DNA of 64,000 bases from Octopus sinensis (GCF_006345805.1 NC_043009.1:1922001-1986000), one strand, 5' to 3'; shown: positions 24,259-38,665, counted from the stretch's first letter. Program-made: numbers and translations. Notes: generated from the sequence alone by a model not told the origin.

Positions 24259-24876
24259 ACAGTTGCACCATCCCAAAATTTCGGACCTTGAGCCTACATG
24301 AGAAAGAATTAGATCCTAAAATATTACGAGTCATAATTTTACTAATCACAGGAGAAAAGTCGTGATTTTCAGTGTAGCTATCAGCACAGAAGAGACTCAA
24401 TGATATGTCTGCTTTCATAAACATCAGTATAGTTTACAAAGAGATTAGGATGTAACTGAAATTACAATAAGACCTGAAAAAGGCAGAGTGGCTCTTTTAA
24501 TCCTCTGTCGCGCTGTTTATGTACATCTGACTAAATTAAGAAAGAAATTTAAATGCCTATTTAACGATCAATCCTGGTTTATCCACCACAAAGAAGAAAA
24601 TGAGACTTCAATTTGTATTGTAGAAAGTACAGATACGAAGGATGTTAGATTAGAAACTGGTATTCGGTATTCCTTGAAAATAGTCTGGAATAATTGGTGA
24701 AACTTTCTCTGTTCAGGTGAAAAGTTCACGGGATAAGCTTTCCTTATTGAAGCTGAGCGCAACAATCTAGGTAAATATAGAATCAAACGAAAGGTATGCA
24801 AATTATTTAAGCGAAGAATTAGAAATAAATTTATACGATTAGTGTGTCTACATACATACAGTCATACATACATACA

Positions 24877-24910
<34 letters not shown>

Positions 24911-25074
24911 CACACACATACATACATACATGCATACATACATACATACATACATACATACATACATACATACATACATACATACATACATACATACATT
25001 CGTATATATATGTACGTAAATACATACACATATTTGAAAACAAATCTATCTATTTATCTATCTTTCTATCTATA

Positions 25075-25584
25075 TTCTTTTATTCTTTTACTTGCTTCAG
25101 TCATTTGGCTGCGGCCACACTGGAGCACCACCTTTAGTCAAAGTTATCGACACTAGGACTTATTCTTCGTAAGCCTAGGACTTACTCTAACAGTCTCTTT
25201 TACCGAACCACTAAGTTACGGGGACGTAAATACACCAACATCGGTTGTCATGAAATGGTGGGGGGGAGAAAAGAAGACATATACATACAAATATATACAT
25301 ACATACATATATATATATATACAACAACTTCTTTCAGTTTCTGTCTACCAAATCCACTCACAAGGCTTTGGTCGGCGCGAGGCTTTAGTAGAAGACACTT
25401 ACCCAAGGTGCCACGAAGTGGGACTGAACCCGGAACCATATGCTTGGGAAGCAAGCTTCTTATCACACAGCTACTCCTGCGCCTATATATATATGTTTAT
25501 ACATATACATACATACATACATACATACATACATACATACATACATACATACATACATACAACATACATACATATATATATATA

Positions 25585-25660
<76 letters not shown>

Positions 25661-25815
25661 TACATATACATATACATACATGTATATATAAGAGACCAAT
25701 AGAATAAGTACTAGGCTTACAAAGAATAAGTCGTGGGGTCGATTTGCTCGACTAAAGTCGGTGCTCCAGCATGGCCACAGTCAAATGACTAAAACAAATA
25801 AAAGAATAAAAGAAT
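25075..25815. mobile_element. Family-B SINE (-, 25075-25480), microsatellite, and a B tail fragment (+, 25693-25815)
   Basis: B motifs in opposite orientations. Confidence 0.85.
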
Positions 25816-25850
25816 AGATATATATATATACCTGTAAGTATACATATATG

Positions 25851-25889
<39 letters not shown>

Positions 25890-26940
25890 TGTACGTGTAA
25901 TCTCCCTATGATATAAACAGTCAAATGGCCGGATTCAAATGAGTGAAATAATTAAAAGAATAAAAGCATAGACGTGAGTTTTATTCCTATCAATGTTGGT
26001 GTTGACGTAAGCATTAATGACTTGAGTGATGATTGTGCTTGTGCCATTTGGATTCTAAATTGCGAATAACCACTTTAATAATTTATAATTTCCATTTTAC
26101 CATTTTGCTGAACCTGCCAATGATTCCTATGGTATTTTCTTTAAACTGACAAGGCGAGTTAACTTAACCCTAAGCAATAGAGAAACGTCATCGATCAGGA
26201 TCAATCCTATACGAATTCATAGATGATAGGACGCTCTCGCTCGCTGTGAGGAGGTTATCTCCCTTGTCAGTCAATAGATAGTGCTCTGCCCGTGGCTAAG
26301 ACTTGTTTTGACTCTTATCTCTAGCAATGCTGGTGCTAGCTTACACCTTTTGTTAGGTTAGTCACGATATTGTACTTGTGCCTTTTGGTTTCAGATTAAT
26401 ACACACCTTGATAATAGATAATTTTTACACACACACACACACACACACCACACACACACACACACATATATATATATACATACGTGTGTGTTAGTATGAA
26501 CGACGTTGGCATAAAGTTACAAATTGATAAGGTAGAAAATCAGCTTTTCTGCTCACTTTGAAATTAAAGCAACAACAAAAACAAAATAACAGCTGCAGCA
26601 GCAACAACAAGACGAAGAACAATCACAAACATTTGTATTCGTGACAAACTATAAATTAGTATACATTGTAGCCAGAAAATAAAGCGAGAACGTTTTTGTC
26701 GCTATGAAGCCGTACGCCATGCATCGTCTACAATATGTCAAGCAATTATGAAAATATCGTGTTTATCAAATGACAGATATCAATTGTGTTGTTAGATAAA
26801 GTAGTGACGGTTTAAAGATCAGTCTTTTATGGACTTTGTGTATGAGAGAGCAGATGACAGAAAAACAGACTTATACATACACACGCGCTCACACACACAC
26901 ACACACACACACCACACGCACCTTTATACTACAGCACATC

Positions 26941-27306
26941 GTCGATTGCGCCGACGAGGGTTCCAGTTGAACCAATCAACGGAACGGCCAGCTTGTGAAA
27001 TTAACGTACAAGTGGCTGAGAACTCCACAGACACGTTTACCCTTAATGTAGTTCTCGGGGAGATTCAGTGTGACACAGATTGTGACAAGGCTGGCCCTCT
27101 GAAATAAAGGTACAACAGAAACAGGAAGAAAGAGCGAAAGTTGTGATGAAAGAGTACAGCAGGGTTCGCCACAACCCACTGCTGGAGCCTCGTTGAGCTT
27201 TTAGGTGTTTTCACTCAACGAAAACTCACAAGACCCGGTCTGGGAATCGAAACCAGGATCCTACGACCGCGAGTCCTCTGCCCTAACCACTGAGCCATTG
27301 CGCCTC
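26941..27306 (-). mobile_element. Family-C SINE with tail type 1
   Basis: Reverse complement of the 8689-9022 type. Confidence 0.85.
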
Positions 27307-27369
27307 TACACATACACACACACACACATATCTATCTGTCTATCTGTCTGTCTGTCTGTCTATCTATAG

Positions 27370-27409
<40 letters not shown>

Positions 27410-27435
27410 CTATCTACATATGTATATATATATAT

Positions 27436-27511
<76 letters not shown>

Positions 27512-27728
27512 ATATATATGTAAGTATGCATATAATAGATAAAAATGACTGCGTGTGTGTGTATGTATACAAAAGTAAAAAAAGTCGTAACGTTACTCCG
27601 TGCGGAACTGTCGTGTTGAAGTGACATAAAACATTGCTTTTCAGTGGAGTTACTACTTCCAGTTTGGCACCCGAGGATACGCCAAAATGACTGAAAGAAG
27701 TAAAAGAGTAAAAGAGAGTAAAGAGCAT

Positions 27729-27797
<69 letters not shown>

Positions 27798-27859
27798 CAC
27801 ACACACACTCACACACATAAATATATATATACGTATTATCAAGAGGAACGTAATATTTT

Positions 27860-28157
27860 AAGCACCTTCTCCTACTCTTCATCCCGCTCTCATCTCCTAC
27901 TTTCTCTTTGCTTTCTGCTATCATCGCGTTCTCTGCTACAACCAAGGTCTGTCGCTTCATTATCTTTTCCTGCTTTTTTTTTACCTTTATCACTCTCTTT
28001 TCTTTGCCCATCCTTACGCCTTTCTTATCTTTTCTGCTTTCTCTCTTTCTCGCTCTACATCAGCCTCTCCTATTATTACAGCCTTTTTTTTACCTGCACA
28101 CGGCTCTCTCTTTCTCGTTTCTCTTTTACTTCCATACTTCACACTTTCTTTTTTCCT

Positions 28158-28201
<44 letters not shown>

Positions 28202-28275
28202 TCCAAACTGTCTTCTATTTCCGTATCTCATTTGCCATTCTAAAACAATCAACGACTCTTACACGTTTCCACACC

Positions 28276-28334
<59 letters not shown>

Positions 28335-28700
28335 TCTATCTTCTGCTTTCCAATCGCTTCTAACTTCTCCGTGTCTTATTTTTATTTCACCAACTCACCC
28401 CACTCCTCCTCATTGCAATCTTCACTGATTCTCCAAGTGGTCTCATCTCTTGCCAATTGTATCCTTCATTGTTCTGCGATTATTCTAAAAATTCCGACAA
28501 CTCTTACTGCTCCTCTCTCTTATAAGATTGACACCTCTTTTCTCCATCCAATTCCTTCTCTAGCTCTCTTCTATTCTTCATATTCTTCATCTTTCTTTTA
28601 TCTCTTTAGCACCCATCCTTTTGCTTTCCTTTATCTTTTCCTCTCTTCTCTTTGTTTACGTTTCTATAACAACGGTATTCCATATTAAACATCCAGTGTC
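27860..28700. repeat. Polypyrimidine low-complexity tract with (CT)n runs
   Basis: Visible. Source of the spurious 333-aa ORF. Confidence 0.85.
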
Positions 28701-28899
28701 CACATTTGCCTGTTATTTACATTTTCCATTTTTCTTACAATTTAACATTTGTTTTAAGTCATATTCAATTTTTCTTCAAATTATAGTTGTTTTTATATGA
28801 ATGGCATTTCTAACAATCTTTTATTTATAACTGCTTTTATATGAGTCATTTCTCCACCAACAAAACCACAGCAAAGATGCTACACACCTACAAGGTTCT

Positions 28900-29078
28900 C
28901 TCGTGGCAAACACAGGAGCAGTCTGAGGTTAGCAGAACCCCCCCCCCCCAGATTAGCAACGACAACAGAGAATGAAAGCTAGTGATGAGAGGGATGCACT
29001 CCTTGAAGATTTGAGACTAGCAGTGAATGACAGGCGTGTATTGGACAAACAGATGGTAAACAAGGTTCATATAAGATA
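28900..29078 (+). mobile_element. RTE/BovB-like LINE 3' remnant
   Basis: One frame reads QRQQRMKASDERDALLEDLRLAVNDRRVLDKQMVNKVHIR*, resembling the RTE C-terminus (GRQRMRWLD..LRELVMDREAWRAAV). Confidence 0.45.
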
Positions 29079-29111
29079 AGCAGATGTTAATATTTGGCGA
29101 CAAAAACATTA

Positions 29112-29517
29112 CTCTTACTCTTTTTTACTCTTTTACTTGTTTTAGTCATTTGACTGTTGCCATGCTGGAGCACCGCCTTCAGTCGAACAAATCGACCCGG
29201 GACTTATTCTTTGTAAGCCCAGTACTTATTCTATCGGTCTCTTTTGCCGAACCGCTAAGTGACGGGGACACAAACACACCAGCATCGGTTGTCAAGCAAT
29301 GCTAGGGGACTAACACAGTCCCACAAACACACACACATACATATATATACATAAATACCACAGGCTTCTTTCAGTTTCCGTCTACCAAATCCACCCACAA
29401 GGCATTGGTCGGCCCGGGGCTATAGTGGAAGACACTTGCCCAAGGTGCCACGCAGTGTGACTGAACCTGGAACCATGTGGTTGGTTAGCAAGCTACTTAC
29501 CACACAGCCACTCCTGC
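29112..29517 (-). mobile_element. Full-length family-B SINE
   Basis: Complete head, CORE-like block, microsatellite and tail. Confidence 0.9.
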
Positions 29518-30441
29518 ACCTTAGTTGGAAAATAAGAGTGAAAAGAGTGTTGTACGAAGAAATGGAAACAAAAGATAGTTGCAACATGGTGTCCCAAATA
29601 ACCTATCCGTACTTACTGAAAAGACGAGACAACTTTTGCAAAATATCAGGAAATACATCTCTACTTCTTAAATAACTTTATTTGAACCTAGCACCATTAA
29701 AGAAGGTTGTCTCATGCCAGCTTTTAAAGTACAGTGCCACACTTGAATTTAACTCGTTCGTGTGCACTGAAAAGTGGGAAAAACCTCTGCTGCGAAAACT
29801 GTCTTAGAATGGAACTTCGCCTTAAACATTTCACTGGACCGTGAATAACGTGATCAGATTGTTGGACCCGTATTTCTGCGACGTTACGCTTTATCAGCTA
29901 GAAACTCCGAATCGTCTGTTCACAGTTCATTAAAAGCCGTTCTAATACGTAAACACTATCAACAGGGTGACTAATTGACCACGACTGGAGAGTCATTATT
30001 TAATCACATCAAAGCCAAGCTGAAGATTAACAAGAACAAGAGCAACGATAAAGTTTTAGGAGCTTCAACGTTGTTGTTTGACCCAAAAGACAAAGTAGTC
30101 GACTCAGGGTGAAATAAGTGCCGGTTTAAATCTTAAATGTATTTGTCACGTGGTATGCCATAGGAACGGCAATCTGACAGAACAGCATTTCGTTCGGCCT
30201 TAAGTACTGAGTTCAAATTACACCGAAGGCAACTTTCCCCATTTATCCTTTCGGGGTCGATAAAATAAGTGCTAGTTGAGTACTGGCGTCGATGTAATCG
30301 ATTTACCACTCTCGCCAAAGTGCTGACCTTGGGTCAACAATTGAAATCATTTTGTAGTATAACATAGCATCAAAAAGAAATAGTGTTTAGAAAGAAGGGA
30401 GACACCAGTTGTATACGTATACACACATATATATTAAGTAA

Positions 30442-31121
30442 TCCTTTCTACGAAAGGCACGAGACCTGAATTTGTTGGGTGGGGTGGGGTGGGGCTAGCC
30501 AGTCATATCGACCCAAGTGCGTAACTGGTACTTACTTCATTAAACCTGAAAGGTTGAAAGGCAAAGCGACCTCGGTGGAATTTGAACTCAGATCGTAAAG
30601 GACGAAATACCGCTGTGCTAACAATTCTGTCAGCTCGCTGCCTTCATTATATATATTAAAATTAAATAACCTTTTCTGCTAAAGGGACAATGCCTGAAAT
30701 TTGGTGGGGGAGGTGATTGGTCAATTTCATCGAACCCAGTGCATGACTGGTACTTAACTTATCGACACCGAAAGAATGAAAAGTAAAGTCGACCTCGGCG
30801 GAATTTGAACTCAGATCGAAAAGACGGACGGAATACTGGTAAGCATTTTGCCCGGCGTTCTAACGTTTCTGCCAGCTCACCGCCTTACATATATATATAT
30901 ATATATTCTTTTCTACTCTAGACACAAAGCCTGAAATATGGGGGGGGGGGTCCAGTCGATTATATCAACCTCAGTATGCAACTTGTACTTAATTTATCGG
31001 CTCCGAAAGGATGAAAGACAAAGTCGACCTCGGCGGAATTTGAACTCAGAACGTAACGGCAGACGAAATACGGCTTCGCATTTCGCCCGGCGTGCTAACG
31101 ATTCTGCCAGCTCGCCGCCTT
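30442..31121 (-). mobile_element. Three tandem family-A SINEs (30442-30644, 30670-30886, 30906-31121)
   Basis: Family-A motifs separated by short TA-rich spacers. A further degenerate + copy lies at ~30130-30350. Confidence 0.85.
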
Positions 31122-31639
31122 ACATATATATGTATTAAATGTTGCACTTTGATAAATAATAGCATCACCTACAACCGATTCTATCCAAACGTATTTTGAA
31201 TGGTATTTTGGATAGAATACAATGTATTCTATCGAAAATATCGACGGCTCTACCATTTCGATGTCGTCTTACGCAGTCTTAAAACGTAGCCGTTAATAAT
31301 ATGGTTTCAAGTGCACTTAGCATAGGAAAAACGACAGGATGCTCATGGTGCCTGGACTGCTGTTAATTATAGGTCTAGTGCATCTAGAGTGCTATGGTTT
31401 GGATGGGGCGGAGACTGAACAGATACCAATAACGGACAAACTATTCCTTGACGATGTATTTATGTAGTGACTCGCTCTTAAAGAAATAACAGCCGAAATC
31501 CTTCCTCTTTTTCCCTCGGATAACAAAAATGAGAATTCATATAGTTTTAAATATTTCTAAACAAGATAGGATGGTCGTATCCTTACTCACGCGTCTGCTT
31601 CATCAGAGCTAAAACAGTGCTGTATAACAACAGCAACAG

Positions 31640-31828
31640 TGGAAGCGCAATGGCCCAGTGGTTAGGGCAGTGGACTCACGGTCGTAAGAACGCGGTTTCG
31701 ATTCCCAGACCGGGCATTGTGAGTGTTTATTGAGCAAAAACACCTGAGCTCCACGAGGCTTCGGTGGGTGGTGGTGGTGAACCCCGTTGTATTCTTTCAC
31801 CACAACTTTCTCTCACTCTTTCTTCGTA
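31640..31828 (+). mobile_element. Family-C SINE head and body, followed by unassigned GC-richer sequence
   Basis: GCGCAATGGCCCAGTGGTTAGGG..GGTTTCGATTCCC. Confidence 0.8.
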
Positions 31829-32179
31829 CTTCTACCACTAAGCAGAGGAGCCATGGTGTAACCCACTATGGTGTGGTAAACTTTCAGACCCTAGTCTAGA
31901 TTGCGAATCCTCTGTGCCCCAGGATGGTTCAGCTCTCCGTCCGTTAAAAGCCACCGTTTACGGAATGAGGATAACAATGTAGCTTTCGCGCCGGTGCAAC
32001 CGCTAGTCTATCGCGTGTGGTGGGTGGATCTTCAAGTTGCCACACGCACTCTTAGTAGCTTAGAGTAGGCTCGAATTAGAGATTATTCTTTGTGGCTAAT
32101 GGCGTGAGTTCTGATTTCATTCAAATGGTAAACCATTGCTTCAGAAGCGTTAAGAGTTCATTGAAGAATGTTAAAGAGC

Positions 32180-32467
32180 CGGCTCTCCGTCGGTTACGAC
32201 AACAAGGGTTCCAGTTGATCCGGTCAACAGAATAGCTTGTGGGTGAAATTTAACCTGTAAGTGCCTGAGTACTCCAGACTTGCGTACCCTTGGCGTAGTT
32301 CACAGGGAGACACAGCGTGACACAGAATGTGACATTTTTGTGAGTTGACTGGATTGGAGCCACGTTAAATTAAGTGTCTTGCTTAAGAACACAATGTGTC
32401 ACCGGGAATCGAACTTATGACCTAAAGGTCGTGAGCCGAATACTTTAATCACTAAGCCACGTGCCTA
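32180..32467 (-). mobile_element. Family-D SINE (tRNA head, CORE-like block, tail type 1)
   Basis: Homologous to 51089-51407. Confidence 0.75.
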
Positions 32468-32784
32468 TTAAAGAATGTAGTCCTCTACGTGGTCACTTGA
32501 GATGTTAGAAATGGCAACCTAATTTCATTCAAATTGCAACCTATTATTTAGAAAGCGCTAGGAGTAGAATTGAAGAATATTGAAAAAACTGGCAGAAGAA
32601 AAAAAGGGGGGAAGATTTCAGTTACTAGAAAGTTCTTACTCATATGTGTGCTGGGATGAGAGTTGATCTGGGATTAAACATCAAGAATCCCGATTAGAAC
32701 AGCCAAAAGGAAGACGGATTATATAAATCCACTCAGGTTGCTAAATAACAAAAACAGCGACATCGAAAATAGCGGCAGCAGCAA

Positions 32785-32834
32785 CATGTATAGAAGAGTA
32801 AGGAGGAGAAGAAGAAGAAGAAGGAGGAGGAGGA

Positions 32835-32868
<34 letters not shown>

Positions 32869-32903
32869 TGGAAGAAGAAGAAGAAGAAGAAGGAGGAGGA
32901 GGA

Positions 32904-32937
<34 letters not shown>

Positions 32938-33690
32938 TGGAAGAAGAAGAAGAAGAAGAAGGAGGAGGAGGAGAAGAGGAAGAGGAAGAAGAAGGAGAAG
33001 AAGGCGAAGAAGAAGAAGTAGAAGAAGAAGAAGAAGGAGAAGAAGGAGAAGAAGGAGAAGAAGAAGAAGGAGAAGAAGAAGGAGAAGGAGAAGAAGAAGG
33101 AGAAGGAGAAGAAGATGATGATGATGATGAAGATGAAGAAGAAGAAGAAGAGATAAAGAGAAAGAGAGAAAGAAGAATGAAAGGAATGAATGAAGGTGAA
33201 GAAGAATGACGAGGAAGAAGACGAAAAATGAAGGAAAAAAGGAAAATTAATAAAAGTGGGGGGAGGTGATGTGGAACGAAAACGAAAAAGAATTAGGAAA
33301 AGAGAAGGAAGAATGAAGAAGATCCAGAAGTAGGGGTAAAAGACGAAGAAGTAAAAGCGAAAAGGAAGGAGAATAAGAAAAGGAAGGAGACGAGAAAGAA
33401 ACGAATAAGAAACACGAAAACTAGAAAAGAACGGAAAGAAAAGGTTCTTCTTCTTCTTCTTCTTGTGCTTCTTCTCTTTCTTCTTCTTCTTCTTCTTCTT
33501 CTTGATACTACTATAACTACTCCTGCTGTTAGTAGCAGTAACAGAAGAAGAAGAAGAAGAAGAAGAAGAAGAAGAAGAAGAAGAAGAAGAAGAAGAAGAA
33601 GAAGAAGAAGAGGAGAAGGAGGAGAAGAAGAAGAAGAAGAAGAAGAAGAAGAAGAAGAAGAAGAAGAAGAAGAAGAAGAAAGGTAAAATA
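32785..33690. repeat. (GAA/GGA)n purine-rich compound microsatellites
   Basis: Visible. Source of the poly-R and poly-E ORFs. Confidence 0.95.
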
Positions 33691-34049
33691 AAATAAATAC
33701 CCTTTTATTTCTTATTCAGTGGAGCTATCAATGTCCACTAATACCCGATGTCGAACAATAAACAGAGAAAGATTGGATTTCGGAAGAGGAACAACAGCAA
33801 GCTAAGCTGAAGACCTAATAAAAATCTTTGGACTACTTATGTTTTCATTGGACTTTCCTACCTTTTCTGTCCTAACATAAAACACAGTGTTATCACACCT
33901 CATACAAGTCGAAATCTTCGTTGCAGCTGTCGCCCACTTCGTATTGTACACATCTCCTACGTTTATCGGTGTCGATATATTAGACTTATATACATATACA
34001 GATATTTGCGTTGCGCATGTTTGTAAGTGTTGCCGTACGAGAACGGTAA

Positions 34050-34355
34050 GTATATACATACATACATACGTATAGATAATATATATATATATATGTATAT
34101 TTTGTGCATCATATATATATATATTATATATATATGTATATATATATGCATATATATGTGCATATATATATATACTGCATATATATATAGATGTATATAT
34201 ATATATATATATACATCCATAGATACGTATAGATAATATATATATATATGTTATATATATATGTATATATATATATATATATGTATATATATGTATATAC
34301 ACACACATATATACATATATATATATATATGTATGTCTATATGTATATAAGTGTA

Positions 34356-34393
<38 letters not shown>

Positions 34394-34586
34394 TCATATA
34401 TATATATTATGTGTATTATATGTATATATATGTATGTATATACACACATATATATGCATACATGTATGCAAGTGTATTTACGCTTTATATCTGTGCGTGC
34501 ACACATAGATGCATATATACATATAACACGTATACATGTATGTGTGTGTGTGTAAAATATATATATATATAAGATATATATAGATA

Positions 34587-34635
<49 letters not shown>

Positions 34636-35074
34636 TCAAAATGTGTGTGTATGTGTATGTGTTGTACGTATATGGAGATGCTAGTGCACAGGCGATGATG
34701 TCCGTTTCTGGGCATATGCGCATATATTAATATATATGTGTTCTTTCGTTTTTATAGAAGAATTGTCATGAATCTTGGCGCTTCCTGAGTGGCATCGACA
34801 CAGCAGGATTGTTCTGGAACATACAACGGAATTGGACCCGTCTAAAATGGTAAAGAGATGGAAAGGAAATTGGCGACAGTTTCAATAATAGATGAATATA
34901 TTGAATTAAAGGACAACGTGGGAATATATATATATATAAATTATATATATATATATATATATTATATATATGTGTGTGTATGTGTGTGTGTGTATGTGTG
35001 TGTGTATGGGTGTGTATATATATATGTATATATAGATATGTATATATATATGTATATGTGTGTGTATAGATATG

Positions 35075-35108
<34 letters not shown>

Positions 35109-35398
35109 ATATATATATCCATATAGCTATATGTGTATGTAAATACATGCATGTTTTATATATATATGTATGTGTGTATTTACATGGACGCGTACATATA
35201 AAATATATGCATGTATAAAATATTTTTATACACACACAGACACACACAAAGATATACACATTCACATGCATATATATATACATATATATATATAGACACA
35301 CAACACAGACCTTTATAACATGTTAATAGCTATGCTTATATGGCATATATGTATTATATGTATATGTATATATAAACATATATATATATATATATGTA

Positions 35399-35453
<55 letters not shown>

Positions 35454-36112
35454 GTGAGTGTATATGTCTACATAAACATTTATATGGCATATATATATAT
35501 GTACAATATTATATATATACATATATGTATATGTATATAAATATGTGTATATGTACGTGTATGTATATATATATATATATGTGTGTGTGTGTATATATAC
35601 ATATATATCTATATATGTAAATATATATGTATATATACATATATATAAATATATATGTATATATACATATATATACATATATACATTTATGTATATACAT
35701 GTGCACTTTAAATGCTTACATATAAAGCACTACATATATCACATGTCATTGCTTTGCTTCCATTTATTTCATTCAACTTTACAGGAATAATAATAATAAT
35801 AATAATCATAATAATAATAAAAGAAGTAACAAGAGCAAAAACAACAAGAACAGCAACAACAATAACAATAATAATAATTTGTTTTATTCTAATGGTTTCT
35901 TCATATGCCATGGAGCAAGAAGGAAATGACATTAATATACAATGGAATATCATTGTTGATTTTCTTTTGACTTACATTCATGTCAAATCATTACAATACA
36001 TTACAGATAAACAAACAGAACTGAAACGAACATGACGTTCTGTGTGTACTCACCTCTCTCTCTCTCTCTCTCTCTCTCCATATATATATATATATATTAT
36101 ATATATATATGT

Positions 36113-36187
<75 letters not shown>

Positions 36188-36417
36188 TATATATATTTTT
36201 TTATTTATATATGTCTGTGTATGTACGTATGTGATGTAAGATATTTTGTTCACATAAGTAAAGGAAAAAGCGCTTAGAATATGGTGCAGAGTTTATATTT
36301 ATGCCGAATCTGTTGAAGAGTTAACTCAGTTGCAGCTCAGAGTTTTGCTCCACGTGATATATCTATATATTTATACAACCATACACAGACACACACACAC
36401 ATTTGTATATTTGTATG

Positions 36418-36448
<31 letters not shown>

Positions 36449-36720
36449 TCACACTCGCATATATACATATATAATACACGCATATATTATATATACATAT
36501 ATATATATGAATATGTATGTCCATATGTGCATATCTATCTAAGTATCTATCTACTTTTCTATCTATCTTTCTATATATATGTGTGTGTGTGTGTATATAC
36601 TTGGAAACGGGTGCATGGCGTTCGATCACATAATAATATAAATAATATATAAATATATGCATATATACATACATATATATACATACCTAGATATATATGT
36701 ATATATACATGCATATATGG
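34050..36720. repeat. (TA)n/(TG)n/(CA)n microsatellite fields
   Basis: Visible repeats. Confidence 0.9.
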
Positions 36721-37030
36721 GCACAGGGCATTAAAAAACGTGAACAAAATGACATACGAGAACATAAAATACTAAAACAGAAAACGAACTTTTTTTCGAA
36801 CAACGAAAGGAACAAATAGAGAAACGAGAAAGGCAACATAAAGAACAATACCTTCATCAGTTGTTCCCTGTTTTATCTAATCCGCGTTCGGAAACTAGGG
36901 ACAAGACGCGACTTCGTTAGAACAGTCCTTCCCGCAAAGCAAATTAAATAAAATTTGAGACTTTTTTGCGGAGGGTTAAAGTGGTAACAAAAGCAGGACA
37001 GTAAAAACAAAATAGTAAAAGCAAACGGTG
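36715..37030 (-). mobile_element. Dispersed repeat, probable Penelope-like terminal repeat (second copy at 52640-52925 +)
   Basis: Shared blocks gttaccacttt..accctccgcaaaaa..aaattttatt.aatttgctttgc.ggaagg and cttgtcc..cgcgg..acaactga..aaaaaagttcgttt..cccatatatgc. CTGATGAAGG at 36860(-). Confidence 0.55.
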
Positions 37031-38419
37031 AGGGCTGTTAAGCCAACACGATGTGAAGTGGTGAACGCTGGAAAACGAGCTTTGAGAAGAGACAGGTAAA
37101 AGCACGTCTTGTCTTTAGGAAGGAAGTGGAAGAAAGGAAGATAGATAGTCGTTGGTCACGTGTGAGCAACGAGTCAAGGAGGAAGAGTGAGAGGGAGAGA
37201 ACGGTGAAGGGGAGAGGAGAAGACTAGGAAAAGTGGGAGAACGATATAGGAAGTGAAACAAAAATTAAAGCAGATTCAATTAGAGTCAGATAAAGGTGGA
37301 AAAATAATAAGTGAAATATTAGATCGGTAAATAAGGCCTGATCAACATAAAAGATTATGTAAAAAGCAGAGAGGATGAGAACAGAATGGTCAAAAACATA
37401 TATGAAGCGCATAATTATTGAAAGAGGGGTATTGTAAAGGGGATATATTATCATCAAGAGGATATAGAAAAATTTGCGTGAAGAAATAAAGTATTTTAAC
37501 AAAAATGTGGTACAGAGAAAAGATCTGTAGAGTCAATAAAATTGGATGGGAAGGATTATGTTGAAAGGCAGGGTGGATTGAGATAGACGGGTTTAAGAGC
37601 AATATTTATATAAACAACACGTGGAGTTAGCGGCAAGAAATTGTTAAAAGAAACAGAAGTTGTAAAATAGGATTGTAAAGAGGATATAAAAGAGAATATT
37701 AAAAATTGAGGTATACCTAAATATGGATTTACACAAGATGAAAGAATGACAAAAGAAGGGTTAAAATAATATATATGTAATACGTAGAAGAGATGTTTGG
37801 AAGGATAACAACAAAAGAGTAAAAAAAAGTATGCTATTTAAAAAGCATGTGTGAAAAATTTGTATAAATGTGTTGAGCGAAAATGTTGAATGAAATCCAC
37901 TTGAGATGGTAAAGTTTCCAGCAAGTATAGGTAATCCGATGTTGCAACAGATACAGAAAGAGTTTAAAGCTGGGATTGAAGGAAACACATATGCTGAGTG
38001 ATGGAATCTTGGTAGAGAAAGAAGAGAGAGAGAGAGAGAGGGGGGAGAGAAGGAGGGAGAGTGAGCAATGGAAGTGGTAAGAGGGCAAGGACCGAGGAGA
38101 TAATAGACAGTGCATTGGTGTGTGCTTACATATCAGCAGTAGCGTGTGTGTGCCAGTGGGTGCATGTGTGGGGAAGGACGGCCTGTATGGAGTGGGTGGT
38201 GGAAAAGCGGTGTTTGTGATCCATCCTTTTATCTATCTAACGAGCTGCTTATCTGACTGCCTACCAAGTGCAGGTGTAAATGCAGTGTTAAAGAGTTCGC
38301 AACACAGCCACGTGGCTTCGCGCAAGTTATTTTTATAATGGCCCCTAAACGTATGTATGTATGTGTAATAATAATAATAATAATAATAATAATGATAATA
38401 ATAATAATAATAATATTCA

Positions 38420-38665
38420 TCCTTAAACAAACCTTATTCAGGGACCTTTTGTGCATGCTGGGTTACTCGACCAGAAGAATATTCTAACTGGGTCCCACCT
38501 GCAAGGTGTTAATCTTGATATGAGATCACCATGTCGCGCACATATGACTGTGATGCATGTGCCTGGTGTACCCTTATCAGACGGAGAGTCATGATGGGTA
38601 TATTGGGCTTCGTATAACTGTACGTCAGTGTCACTTTGATGGCATGCACTGCTCCCTCACTCAAT
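38420..38665 (+). mobile_element. ~245-bp unassigned retroelement 3' piece between two (AAT)n tracts
   Basis: Non-repetitive block ending gcatgcactgctccctcactcaatcataataataat, bounded by (AAT)n on both sides. Confidence 0.4.

Noticed and set aside
24717-24770. Plus-strand exon-like segment (ttctctgttcag|...ctag|gtaaat)
   Set aside because: All three frames contain or end in a stop.
27687-28688. 333-aa hydrophobic ORF resembling a membrane protein
   Set aside because: It is built from (CA)n, (TA)n, (CT)n and a polypyrimidine tract, with no domain.
32738-33686. Poly-Arg and poly-Glu ORFs
   Set aside because: (GAA/GGA)n microsatellite.
37100-38110. Purine-rich 1-kb stretch as a decayed Penelope ORF on the minus strand
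   Set aside because: No RT or GIY-YIG motif could be read with confidence.
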